This document shows, piece after piece, positions 23,462 through 31,154 of a DNA stretch of 31,154 nucleotides. The number at the start of each line of letters is the position of its first letter. The first letter of the stretch is position 1. Below the pieces are notes generated by a model. That model worked only from the letters and a program-made list of their open reading frames with translations, ran no database searches and was not told where the DNA came from. The stretch is from a virus (lineage: Duplodnaviria; Caudoviricetes), in the IMG/VR virus record IMGVR_UViG_3300047281_000160, positions 1 through 31,154 of that record; one strand, written 5' to 3'. The position numbers and the translations under genes are program-made.

Positions 23462-24319
23462 TCAAGCCTGTTTTTCGACAGAAGGGATTTTTGAATCAGG
23501 GACAAGGGTGATGGGCGAGAGGATATTTTCCGGGCTGATGGACGCGACGAAGACGGCCTCGATGCGGCCGCCGTCCATGGTCTGGACTTCGGGGAAATCC
23601 GGGTTGGTGGATTCGAGGATGGCGACCTTGCCGAGGCTGTTGGCTTCCTCTCCCGCCTTGGCTTTGCGGTAGGCGAGTTTCTTTAGGCTGAGGCCGTAAG
23701 CATCGGAGTAGACGACGAACTTCCCTTGCTTGGGGTGGTTTCCTGCTGTGAGCCGCTGAACGACGATGGTCGAGCCATCGGCGATTTTTGGCTCCATGGA
23801 GTGACCGAAGACGCGGAGCGCATAGCAGTCGGTGGGGTAAGCGTTAGCCACGGGGATCGGCTCGTGGGGAGCGTCGCTGGAGATCGGCGAACCGGCAGCG
23901 ATGCCGCCGCAGAGGTCGATCCAGTGAGAGGGATGGGAGGCGAGGGGAGGGATGGAAGAGCGCGCGATGATGCGCTGGGTTTCTTCCTGCTCTGCTTGGT
24001 AGACTGACTGGATGGCGGTGATGGCCCAATCGGCAAGGATCTGCCCCTTGGCGAGAGCGGCTTTTGACCAGGCTTCGTTTTCTTCGGGCGTGGTTTTGAT
24101 GACGAGCACCGATTCGACGGGTTTGGATACCGGGGGCTTTTCCTCTGGCGCGGCCATAAGCTGGGCAATCCGGATCAGTTGTTTTGGCGGCACGTCGATA
24201 GAGGAGGATAACCAACGATCGACAGTTATTTTTGCGACTCTGCACGCATCGGCAAGCCACGCTCTGTTGCGGTCTGGATGCTTGAGCCAGATTTTGATTT
24301 GGTCTTTGGTTGGGTTCAT
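23462..24319 (-). CDS. CI/LexA-like repressor (N-terminal HTH, central RHH-like segment, C-terminal peptidase S24)
   Basis: RAWLADACRVAKITVDRWLS helix-turn-helix; GGIAAG cleavage site, RVFGHSMEP catalytic Ser, LKKL catalytic Lys. Confidence 0.88.
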   Translation of the reverse strand: MNPTKDQIKIWLKHPDRNRAWLADACRVAKITVDRWLSSSIDVPPKQLIRIAQLMAAPEEKPPVSKPVESVLVIKTTPEENEAWSKAALAKGQILADWAITAIQSVYQAEQEETQRIIARSSIPPLASHPSHWIDLCGGIAAGSPISSDAPHEPIPVANAYPTDCYALRVFGHSMEPKIADGSTIVVQRLTAGNHPKQGKFVVYSDAYGLSLKKLAYRKAKAGEEANSLGKVAILESTNPDFPEVQTMDGGRIEAVFVASISPENILSPITLVPDSKIPSVEKQA

Positions 24320-24417
24320 TTGCCAAAAAGTATCCGATTTTCAGGTAAAAGAAAAGTTTTTTAACTTTTCGGATGTTTTTACTTGTCTTGATTATCCGAT
24401 ACGGATAATTCCCGTGC
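24320..24417. promoter_or_regulatory. Divergent genetic switch region with operator-like palindromes
   Basis: ATTATCCG-ata-CGGATAAT at 24391-24409; GAAAAGTT-tttt-AACTTTTC at 24351-24370; TATCCG half-site at 24331; AT-rich. Confidence 0.72.
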
Positions 24418-24594
24418 ATGTCAGCAACGCTTGATCTTCCGATAACCCTGAAACTCCTCACACCTGAGCAAATCACTTGGATCGCCGCTAAGAGCGCCCA
24501 ACTGGGCTTGAGCACGGACGAGGTCGCTAAACAGCTTATTGCCACCGCTGCTGCTGCTGCGGGATTCACTCCAAGCGAAGGGGGGGAGGCGTGA
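24418..24594 (+). CDS. Cro-position small regulator, ribbon-helix-helix-like (58 aa; not in the ORF track)
   Basis: Translated by hand: MSATLDLPITLKLLTPEQITWIAAKSAQLGLSTDEVAKQLIATAAAAAGFTPSEGGEA; first gene divergent from the repressor. Confidence 0.65.
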   Translation: MSATLDLPITLKLLTPEQITWIAAKSAQLGLSTDEVAKQLIATAAAAAGFTPSEGGEA

Positions 24595-24833
24595 GCCCAA
24601 TCGAAGAGCGCGAGCTTGAGCGTGAGATTGCCGATGCTGCTAAGCGCCGAGCATGGAAGGCGGACCTCGAAAAATCACACCGGGAGAAAATCAGCAATTC
24701 ATTCTCTGAATCTAAAAAAAGCCGTTTAGCAGGAGAGCGGGATTTTTGCCATGATTCATGTCAGTCAGTTAGGCCACAAAAAATTTCGGGCGGCAGTTTT
24801 ATGCATATTCAACTCCTAGGAGGTGAAGCGTGA
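24591..24833 (+). CDS. Hypothetical protein
   Basis: GTGA overlaps on both sides; GGAGG upstream. Confidence 0.5.
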   Translation: MSPIEERELEREIADAAKRRAWKADLEKSHREKISNSFSESKKSRLAGERDFCHDSCQSVRPQKISGGSFMHIQLLGGEA

Positions 24834-25090
24834 TCACCCTTTCCGAAATGCAGCTCAGCGAGATCATCGCCGGTGCACGTTGCGGACTGGTTGAGCGACT
24901 GCTCACAGAGCGCCGAGACGATTTGGAGCTGCTGACTCCGGTGCAGGTTTGCGGGCTGTTGAACGTGAACCAAAAGACGCTGGACACGCTGAAGGATGGT
25001 CCTCCGCGCGTCACTATCGTGGCGGGAAGCGTCATCCGCTACCGCGCTTGCGACGTTGCCTCATACATCAAGCGGAGGAGGGACGCATGA
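24830..25090 (+). CDS. Excisionase-like winged HTH (HTH_17/AlpA-like)
   Basis: LLTPVQVCGLLNVNQKTL...GPP.......IRYRACDV pattern; AGGAGGT upstream. Confidence 0.72.
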   Translation: MITLSEMQLSEIIAGARCGLVERLLTERRDDLELLTPVQVCGLLNVNQKTLDTLKDGPPRVTIVAGSVIRYRACDVASYIKRRRDA

Positions 25091-25353
25091 GCACCTACTC
25101 TGCCAAAATCGCCGCGGCGCGCTGCTGCCGGTTCTGCGCTGCCAGTTACCTGATCGAGCCGGATGTCTGGCTGACGGGAACGATGGAGGAGCTGCAAAGC
25201 TCGATTCCCGAGGCCGTCGTCGACCAGCAGGAAGAGGATGGCTGGGTGGCGGGTGCCTGCCCGTTGTGCGCCTTCGCCCGCAGCGAGGAGTTGCACGCCG
25301 AGGCCCACGCCGACGACTACCGCGACGACTGGGAAGGGGGCAATGCGCCATGA
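25087..25353 (+). CDS. Hypothetical protein with two CxxC motifs (possible zinc ribbon)
   Basis: CRFC...CPLC; ATGA overlap; GGAGG upstream. Confidence 0.6.
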   Translation: MSTYSAKIAAARCCRFCAASYLIEPDVWLTGTMEELQSSIPEAVVDQQEEDGWVAGACPLCAFARSEELHAEAHADDYRDDWEGGNAP

Positions 25354-25520
25354 CCCACTCAGCCATCGCTGCCAGTTACTCGGACACGGCGCTGCTCGGA
25401 GCCATCCGCGATCTGCGCCGCGCCTCTTACCTCTGCCCATGGGGGCGAGAACGCCTTCCAGCCCTTGAGGCCGAATCCCGCAAACGCCAAACCCAACCAC
25501 TCTCCCAATCGAAGCCATGA
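25350..25520 (+). CDS. Hypothetical protein (56 aa)
   Basis: ATGA overlaps at both ends. Confidence 0.5.
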   Translation: MTHSAIAASYSDTALLGAIRDLRRASYLCPWGRERLPALEAESRKRQTQPLSQSKP

Positions 25521-25642
25521 AAATCCCACAAATCCTCGTCAATCCGCCCGACTGGCTCGCCGTTCTGATCTCCGCTGCCCTCGGGCTGCTGTGGTTGGTG
25601 GCGATGATCGTCGGAAAAAACCTCGTCGACCTGATCCGATGA
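25517..25642 (+). CDS. Small membrane peptide (41 aa; not in the ORF track)
   Basis: MKIPQILVNPPDWLAVLISAALGLLWLVAMIVGKNLVDLIR; ATGA overlaps at both ends. Confidence 0.55.
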   Translation: MKIPQILVNPPDWLAVLISAALGLLWLVAMIVGKNLVDLIR

Positions 25643-25821
25643 CCTCCGAATTTATCACTTACCTGGTGAGCGCCTCGCTCATCTCTGCCGCCATTGGATT
25701 CATGGCCTGCGCGCTCATGTGCTCGCGGTTGATCCAAGGCCAAGAGGACGAATTATACCGGATGATTCGAGACCTAGAGGACGAATTGGACCAACACCAA
25801 ACCAAGGACAACGAGCGATGA
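25639..25821 (+). CDS. Small membrane protein (TM + acidic coiled coil)
   Basis: MTSEFITYLVSASLISAAIGF...; ATGA overlaps. Confidence 0.55.
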   Translation: MTSEFITYLVSASLISAAIGFMACALMCSRLIQGQEDELYRMIRDLEDELDQHQTKDNER

Positions 25822-26141
25822 CCCAGTCCGATCTATTCACGCCGGTGGTGGCTGACGCCGAGGTCGGCGAGTTGGTGGAGTATTTGCTCAACCGTCCGGG
25901 ATTCCACACGGCGGGCGAGTTGTCCAAGAACTTCAACTGTCCCGACCGGAAGATCCGCAAGCTGGCGGAAGCGTCGGACGGCTACGTCGTGAGCGGTCCG
26001 GGTTCGCCTGGCTACTGCCACATTGCCCATTGCGACGCGGAGCGGATCGCCCACATCGCCAACACCCTCCAATCGCAGGCCCGCTCGATGATGGCCCGCT
26101 CGATCCGGCTGCGCAACCGAGCGCACGCGCTGATCGGCTGA
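25818..26141 (+). CDS. Putative winged-helix DNA-binding protein
   Basis: TAGELSKNFNCPDRKIRKLA...VVSGPGSPGY pattern. Confidence 0.55.
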   Translation: MTQSDLFTPVVADAEVGELVEYLLNRPGFHTAGELSKNFNCPDRKIRKLAEASDGYVVSGPGSPGYCHIAHCDAERIAHIANTLQSQARSMMARSIRLRNRAHALIG

Positions 26142-26176
26142 TCCTTTTCTTTAAAAATGAAACCAACAAACAACAG

Positions 26177-26812
26177 ATGCACACAAGAATCCTAGAACTC
26201 CCCGCAGTCCCGCAGTCGAAAAAGATCGACGCGGAGGCGACGGAAATCGCCCGCAATGTCATTTCGCTCATCGCGGAAAACGAAGAGGCGATCAACGACC
26301 TGATGGTCAACTGCGAAGACGAGAAGGTGACGATCTCCTTCGCTGTCTCATTCGACCTCGGCAAGAACCAGATGAAGACGCGGCTGTCGTTTTCGGTCAA
26401 GCACGGCAGCGAGATCAAGCAGTCGATTCCGAATCCTGACCAGGGGGATTTATTCAACGAGGAGAACCCTTATTCGGTCGTGAAGATCGGGCTGCCCGAT
26501 GGGGCGAATCTGAATGTGAACACGCTGGAAATCGAAGAAGGGGAGCCATGCGAGTCATGGGAGGAATGGGAAAACACGCCGGAGGGGAAGCTGTTGTTGG
26601 CGTTGGATGGCCTGACGTCGCCCCTGCTTGGCGTTAACCAAAAGCGTCAGACTGAGAGAGAAAATACAATTAACGAGTTCGTCGAGTTCAACGGCGAGGC
26701 GGCGATGTTCGAGGTCTGGCGACTGGTCAGGGAGCATGGTTTCCCGAACCCGATCCGCGAGGAGATCGCGGCGCGCTGCCAAGAAATCGACCCCACGGGA
26801 ACTTTCCACTGA
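26177..26812 (+). CDS. Hypothetical acidic protein
   Basis: ATG after an A/C-rich leader; open frame of 211 aa. Confidence 0.6.
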   Translation: MHTRILELPAVPQSKKIDAEATEIARNVISLIAENEEAINDLMVNCEDEKVTISFAVSFDLGKNQMKTRLSFSVKHGSEIKQSIPNPDQGDLFNEENPYSVVKIGLPDGANLNVNTLEIEEGEPCESWEEWENTPEGKLLLALDGLTSPLLGVNQKRQTERENTINEFVEFNGEAAMFEVWRLVREHGFPNPIREEIAARCQEIDPTGTFH

Positions 26813-26841
26813 GAAACTGAAACACGAACCAAAAACTAAAA

Positions 26842-27564
26842 ATGAGCACACAACTACAAGTATCACCACCATCCGCCTTGGTCCTTATGGCATCCCGCTG
26901 CAACGTCGATCCGGCGAAGCTGCATTCAACGCTGAAAAACACAGTCTTCAAGGGGGCGACCGATGACGAGCTGTTAGCCCTGGTCGTCACGGCCAACACT
27001 TACGAGCTGAATCCACTGCTCAAGGAGCTTTACGCCTTCCCTAAAAAGGGCGGGGGAATTTCGCCGATGGTCGGCTTTGACGGCTGGATGAAGATCATCA
27101 ACCGCCAGCCAAACTTTGATGGGTTGGAAGTGGAGGTTTACGGCGAGGGCAAGACGCCGACGCACGCGACGTGCGAGATATTCTTCAAGGACCGCAGCCG
27201 CAGCGTCAAGATTACCGAGTATTTCGAGGAGTGCAAACGCGGGACTGACCCATGGAACCAGATGCCGCGGCGGATGCTGCGCAACAAGGCGGTGATGCAA
27301 GCGGGCCGCGTGGCCTTCGGGATCGGCGGCATCCACGACGAGGACGAGGCGGCGGACATCGGGATTCGCAACGTGACTCCTGCTAAAACCTCTCGCGCGG
27401 TGATCGATCCATTCAAGGGATCGGGGGAAGTCACCGAGGCGCGTCCACTCATCGAATCGGCAAAGGCCCGCAAGGCGAAGGACGAGGAATCCGCGGTGCC
27501 GGATTTGGAGAACATGGAAAACGCGCCGTGGGGCGACGAGGAGGAAACCCAAGACCTGATCTGA
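26842..27564 (+). CDS. bet: Single-strand annealing recombinase (Red-beta/RecT family)
   Basis: LNPLLKELYAFP..GGGISPMVGFDGW.KIIN.QP.FDG and PWNQMPRRMLRNKA motifs. Confidence 0.9.
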   Translation: MSTQLQVSPPSALVLMASRCNVDPAKLHSTLKNTVFKGATDDELLALVVTANTYELNPLLKELYAFPKKGGGISPMVGFDGWMKIINRQPNFDGLEVEVYGEGKTPTHATCEIFFKDRSRSVKITEYFEECKRGTDPWNQMPRRMLRNKAVMQAGRVAFGIGGIHDEDEAADIGIRNVTPAKTSRAVIDPFKGSGEVTEARPLIESAKARKAKDEESAVPDLENMENAPWGDEEETQDLI

Positions 27565-27568
27565 ACCG

Positions 27569-28507
27569 ATGAAAACCGAAATACTAACACTCGCAATCGA
27601 GGCCAAGGGCGAGGTTATTTCCTCGAACTTCCCCGCCTTCGCGGGAATGGTCAGGGCGCGGCTGGCGGATATCAACCGCGAGCTGGCTACCGATGAAGAC
27701 TTTGACCAGGCGGATTCCGACGCGAAGGCGATCGCGAATGCCGAGGCCGCGCTGAAAGAGGCGAAGGAAAAGGCGCTGGCGGACGCGGAGCAGTTGCACC
27801 AGTTGTTCGAGCAGATCGACGGGCTGAGCGGCGACCTCGCCAAAGCGCGGCTGGACCTGACCAAGCAAATCACCAAGCGCAAGGAGGAGGTCAAGGCCGA
27901 GCTGGTCGACGCGGCGCTGGCGGGATTCGACATCGACCCAGCCATGGCGCGGCGGGAGTTTACCAAGGCAATCGCTGAAGCGATGAAAGGCAAGCGGACC
28001 GTTGAGACGATGCGCCAAGCGGCGACGGTTTATGTGACGATCCGCCGGGCGACGATTCACAAATCACGGGCAGCGATTGAATCCTTCGAGGCTGCGCACG
28101 GCGCGGAACTGACGATGGACAAGCGCGAGCTAGAGCTGAAAACACCGGACTCGGTCGATGCTGAGTTGCGGCGGCGGTTTGAGGCAGCCAAGGCCGCGAA
28201 GGAAGCGGAACAGCTCCGCGCTGAAGTGGCAGCGGCTAAGGCGGAGGCTGACAAGGCGAACGCCATGCGGGAGGAAGCGGCCAAGCCCGCAGTACCACCG
28301 GCAGAACCGAAAGTGGGAAGCCAAGCCCCCGCCATCGATGGCGAGGCCATGACGGCAGACGCTGAATGGTTCGCGTTCAAGGCGGCAGCGATTCTCGCCT
28401 TCGCCGAATTGAAAGCGGCTCGCGGAAAATTGACGCACTCGAAAAACACCGCCAAGGCCCAAGGGCTCGCGAACGGCTTCAACGCCGTATGGAAGGAGTG
28501 GGCATGA
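27569..28507 (+). CDS. Coiled-coil recombination-associated protein resembling the C-terminal extension of long YqaJ-type proteins
   Basis: IEAKGEVISSNF..F...INRELATDEDFDQA motif; between bet and the exonuclease. Confidence 0.55.
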   Translation: MKTEILTLAIEAKGEVISSNFPAFAGMVRARLADINRELATDEDFDQADSDAKAIANAEAALKEAKEKALADAEQLHQLFEQIDGLSGDLAKARLDLTKQITKRKEEVKAELVDAALAGFDIDPAMARREFTKAIAEAMKGKRTVETMRQAATVYVTIRRATIHKSRAAIESFEAAHGAELTMDKRELELKTPDSVDAELRRRFEAAKAAKEAEQLRAEVAAAKAEADKANAMREEAAKPAVPPAEPKVGSQAPAIDGEAMTADAEWFAFKAAAILAFAELKAARGKLTHSKNTAKAQGLANGFNAVWKEWA

Positions 28508-29145
28508 AGGTTTGGCCAGACATGGAACAACGCAGCGAGGCATGGTTTGCCGCGCGTGCGGGCAGACCGACAGCGTCGAACTTTTCGCGGTTGCTGACGG
28601 CGACGGGCAAGGATTCGTCACAGTGGCCAAGCTACGCGATCGAGCTGATCGTGCAGTGCATCCGGCCAGACGAGATCAACTTCGAGGGGAACAAGCACAC
28701 CGACCGCGGCAACGAGCTGGAACCCGAGGCGCGCGAGTTGTTTTCCGAAATCATGGATCTCGAGACGCAGGAGGTCGGCTTCATCACCCGCGATGACGAG
28801 GTGATCGGCTGTTCACCCGATGCGCTGGTCACGCTGCCGGACTCGGACGAGTGGATTGCCGGGCTGGAGATCAAGTGCCCGCTGGCGAAAAACCACGCGG
28901 CCTACCTGCTAGACGGCAAGGTGCCGGATCAATACATGGCGCAGGTTCACGGGTCGATGGCGGTGACCGGCTTGGATTACTGGTATTTCATGAGCTATTG
29001 CCCAGGACTGCGGCCGTTCATTCTGCGGGTCGAGCGCGACGCGTACACGGACAAGCTGTCTGACGCACTGGACCGATTCCTCATCTACTATGCGGAGGCA
29101 CGGAAGACGATTCTGCCGCAGTTGGTGGAAGGAGGCGCGGCATGA
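28504..29145 (+). CDS. YqaJ/lambda-exonuclease family protein
   Basis: EQRSEAWFAARAG..TAS, RGNELEPEAR, GCSPDAL, LEIKCP and QYMAQV motifs. Confidence 0.92.
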   Translation: MKVWPDMEQRSEAWFAARAGRPTASNFSRLLTATGKDSSQWPSYAIELIVQCIRPDEINFEGNKHTDRGNELEPEARELFSEIMDLETQEVGFITRDDEVIGCSPDALVTLPDSDEWIAGLEIKCPLAKNHAAYLLDGKVPDQYMAQVHGSMAVTGLDYWYFMSYCPGLRPFILRVERDAYTDKLSDALDRFLIYYAEARKTILPQLVEGGAA

Positions 29146-29561
29146 TTGCCTTTCATCTCCCGATCGTCCCGCCCAAGGCGACCTCGCAAACCAAGCGGCT
29201 GGTCATGGTCAGCGGCAGGCCGCAGTTCTTTCCGAAGAAGGAGCACGCCGAGGCCGAGAGGGACTTGCTGGCGCTGTGCGCGGCCTACGCTCCGAACGCG
29301 CCACTGAGCGGGCCGATCCAGCTTCAAGTGGACTTCGTGTTCCCCTGGCGCAAGTGTGAGACCAAGAGGCGTCGATCATGGCTCAAGCAGCCCAACGATA
29401 AGCGGCCCGACTGCGACAACCTCGTCAAGCTGGTGGCCGACGTGCTGACCAAGCTGCGCTTCTACGGTGATGACGGGCAAGTCTCCACGCTGATTGTCTC
29501 CAAGAGCTGGGGCGACCGCGTCGGGATCTCCGTCGGCATCGAATCCATTCAAACTTTCTAA
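29142..29561 (+). CDS. rusA: RusA family Holliday junction resolvase
   Basis: KRPDCDNLVK.V.DVL......DDGQV motif. Confidence 0.88.
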   Translation: MIAFHLPIVPPKATSQTKRLVMVSGRPQFFPKKEHAEAERDLLALCAAYAPNAPLSGPIQLQVDFVFPWRKCETKRRRSWLKQPNDKRPDCDNLVKLVADVLTKLRFYGDDGQVSTLIVSKSWGDRVGISVGIESIQTF

Positions 29562-29581
29562 CAAACACCACAAACACAACC

Positions 29582-29878
29582 ATGGCAAAATCACAATACA
29601 CCCACGACGTCGTCGCAACGACTGGCGAATATACCAACCAGAGCGGCGAGAAGAAAAAGGAATACACCAACGTCGGCAAGGCGTTCACGGACGACCAAGG
29701 GCGAATCTCGATCAAGATGAAGACGATCCCCGTCGGCCCCGAGTGGAGCGGCTGGTTGTCGCTCTATCCGGCAAAGGAGCGCGAGCCACAGGGCGCACCG
29801 CAGAGACCGACGCAACGCTCGATGCCGCCGGCACCGGTAGCGGTTGAACATGGCGAGGATGATGACATCCCGTTTTGA
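29582..29878 (+). CDS. Small SSB-like protein
   Basis: YTNQSGEKKKEYTNVGKAF beta pattern and acidic C-terminal DDDIPF. Confidence 0.72.
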   Translation: MAKSQYTHDVVATTGEYTNQSGEKKKEYTNVGKAFTDDQGRISIKMKTIPVGPEWSGWLSLYPAKEREPQGAPQRPTQRSMPPAPVAVEHGEDDDIPF

Positions 29879-29909
29879 ATAGAACTCGAACGCTAACCTT
29901 TGAAACACG

Positions 29910-30641
29910 ATGGCCGGAGATTGGATAAAAATTGAACACGCGCTGCCGGACAAACCGGAAGTGATACAGATGGCGGACTTGCTCGGGATCGACCCTGACG
30001 CAGTGGTCGGCAAGCTGCTGCGTTTTTGGAATTGGTGCGACGTTCAGTGCGTAAATGGTAACGCTCTCAGCGTTACAAAAACGTTTCTCGACCGTATCAC
30101 GTTTTGCAAAAACTTCGCGGCTGCGATGATCAGCGTCGGGTGGCTGATCGAGGACGGCGAAACCTTAAGCATCGCCAACTTTGACCGCCACAACGGGAAA
30201 ACCTCTAAACTAAGGGCTTTGGCAAATCGGCGCGTCGCAAAAAACCGACAATGTAACGCTCCAAGCGTTACAAATGTAACGCTTCCACCGTTACAAAAAG
30301 CGTTACCAGAGAAGAGAAGAGAAGAGAAGAGTTTAGAAGAGATAAATAACCCCGTCGCCGGTGCCGAGGCGCTTTGCACGATCGAACAGGCGAAAGCCTA
30401 CGCCCCGAGTGTGAAATTCACCGAGCCCGAGGCGGAACGCTGGTGGCATACGCGCAACGCCAGCGGCTGGACCAAAGGCAGCGTGAACGGTGGGGCCGCC
30501 AGGCGGATCACGTCGTGGCAAAGTGACATGGCCACCAGCGCGGGCTGGGTGAAGCAGAGCGCGAGCTACGGCCAAGGCCAAAACAAGAGCAGGCCGCAGC
30601 ACTTTGCGGGGATCGTGGAAAATCTGGAAATACCGACATGA
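29910..30641 (+). CDS. Phage replication initiator (lambda O-like role)
   Basis: MAGDWIKIEHALPDKPEV...VVGKLLRFW.W.D N-terminus; internal iterons; upstream of the DnaC-like gene. Confidence 0.8.
   Translation: MAGDWIKIEHALPDKPEVIQMADLLGIDPDAVVGKLLRFWNWCDVQCVNGNALSVTKTFLDRITFCKNFAAAMISVGWLIEDGETLSIANFDRHNGKTSKLRALANRRVAKNRQCNAPSVTNVTLPPLQKALPEKRREEKSLEEINNPVAGAEALCTIEQAKAYAPSVKFTEPEAERWWHTRNASGWTKGSVNGGAARRITSWQSDMATSAGWVKQSASYGQGQNKSRPQHFAGIVENLEIPT
30058..30330. repeat. Putative replication origin: GTAACGCT-N3-AGCGTTAC iterons
   Basis: Palindromes at 30058-30076, 30252-30272 and 30275-30295 (one mismatch), half-site at 30299-30306, then a GAAGA purine tract. Confidence 0.72.
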
Positions 30642-31154
30642 ACGAGAATCGAAACATCAACGATGCGGCAGACTTGGCCGCTGGCATGGCTCAGGCTTTC
30701 GACAAGCTCATCGAACGCGCTCCCGAGGGCATGGACGGCGGCAGAGGTGCTGCGGGCGATTCTGAGGCGCTTTCTGGCGCAAGAGTGAATCTGGTGCGCC
30801 AGTCGTCAGGCTGGGGCGAGAAATACGTCACGCCGATCGAGCTGACGGGCGACCGCTGGCACGCAGTGTTTGCCGAGGCGCAGGGGCTGGTGGCGAATGC
30901 GGCACTGGTGGCGTTCATCGGCGGACGCGGGCCGGGCAAGACGCAAATGGCGGCGGAGATCGCACGGGCGGGGCGCTGGCCGCTGGACGCTGGCGAATGG
31001 ATCGGCGGACACGATGGCAGGATACAACGCGACCAGACAGCGCTTTACCGGCGGGCGATGGACGTTTTCCTTGATCTGCGGGACGCCAACAAAAGCGGCT
31101 CCAAGGTGTCAGAAAAGGACGTGCTAGCGAGGCTGGAGAAACCGGGCTTGCTCA
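30638..31154 (+). CDS. DnaC/IstB-like helicase loader, N-terminal part (continues to 342)
   Basis: Translated by hand from ATG 30638 (MNENRNIND...); Walker A GGRGPGKT; open to the window end. Confidence 0.88.
   Translation, partial: MNENRNINDAADLAAGMAQAFDKLIERAPEGMDGGRGAAGDSEALSGARVNLVRQSSGWGEKYVTPIELTGDRWHAVFAEAQGLVANAALVAFIGGRGPGKTQMAAEIARAGRWPLDAGEWIGGHDGRIQRDQTALYRRAMDVFLDLRDANKSGSKVSEKDVLARLEKPGLL
31028..31154. repeat. Terminal direct repeat, right copy (circular assembly overlap)
   Basis: Identical to 1-127. Confidence 0.95.

Noticed and set aside
31028-31154. 127-bp repeat as a biological direct terminal repeat
   Set aside because: Its length equals a usual assembler k-mer and it falls mid-gene, so it is best explained as circular overlap
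1-31154. Alternative genetic code or stop-codon reassignment
   Set aside because: Core genes are full length in the standard code, and TAA, TAG and TGA all occur at sensible gene ends

Overview
This window is an apparently complete, circularly assembled temperate phage genome of about 31,027 bp. Bases 1-127 are repeated exactly at 31028-31154, and the DnaC-like gene reads across that junction. The genome is a mosaic. It has a terminase pair, a lysis cassette placed between terL and portal, and a Mu-like head/neck module (DUF935 portal, gpG-, gpF-, gpI/Z-, gpJ- and gpK-like genes). The tail is non-contractile and short, with several fibre/spike genes. Lysogeny uses a tyrosine integrase with an intact attP whose core matches a tmRNA/tRNA-Ala-type 3' end, plus a LexA/CI-like repressor with a divergent small regulator and an Xis-like gene. 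The early region is lambdoid (Bet, YqaJ exonuclease, RusA, SSB-like, initiator with internal iterons, DnaC-like loader). Three signals stand out. (1) A 10-bp motif, CGGGGACCAC, occurs five times on the + strand at a fixed distance upstream of degenerate -35/-10 boxes, ahead of terS, the lysis genes, the protease, the internal scaffold/capsid genes and the fibre genes; this looks like an activator-dependent late promoter system, and a candidate activator gene lies just upstream of terS. (2) A (GGCTGAGA)x12 microsatellite sits between repressor and integrase, crossed by a coupled leader ORF whose frame depends on repeat number. (3) A second, degenerate copy of the att core lies just after the integrase stop. 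Product calls come from motifs recognised by eye, and no searches were run. The host cannot be determined; Verrucomicrobiota/PVC is only a tentative guess.
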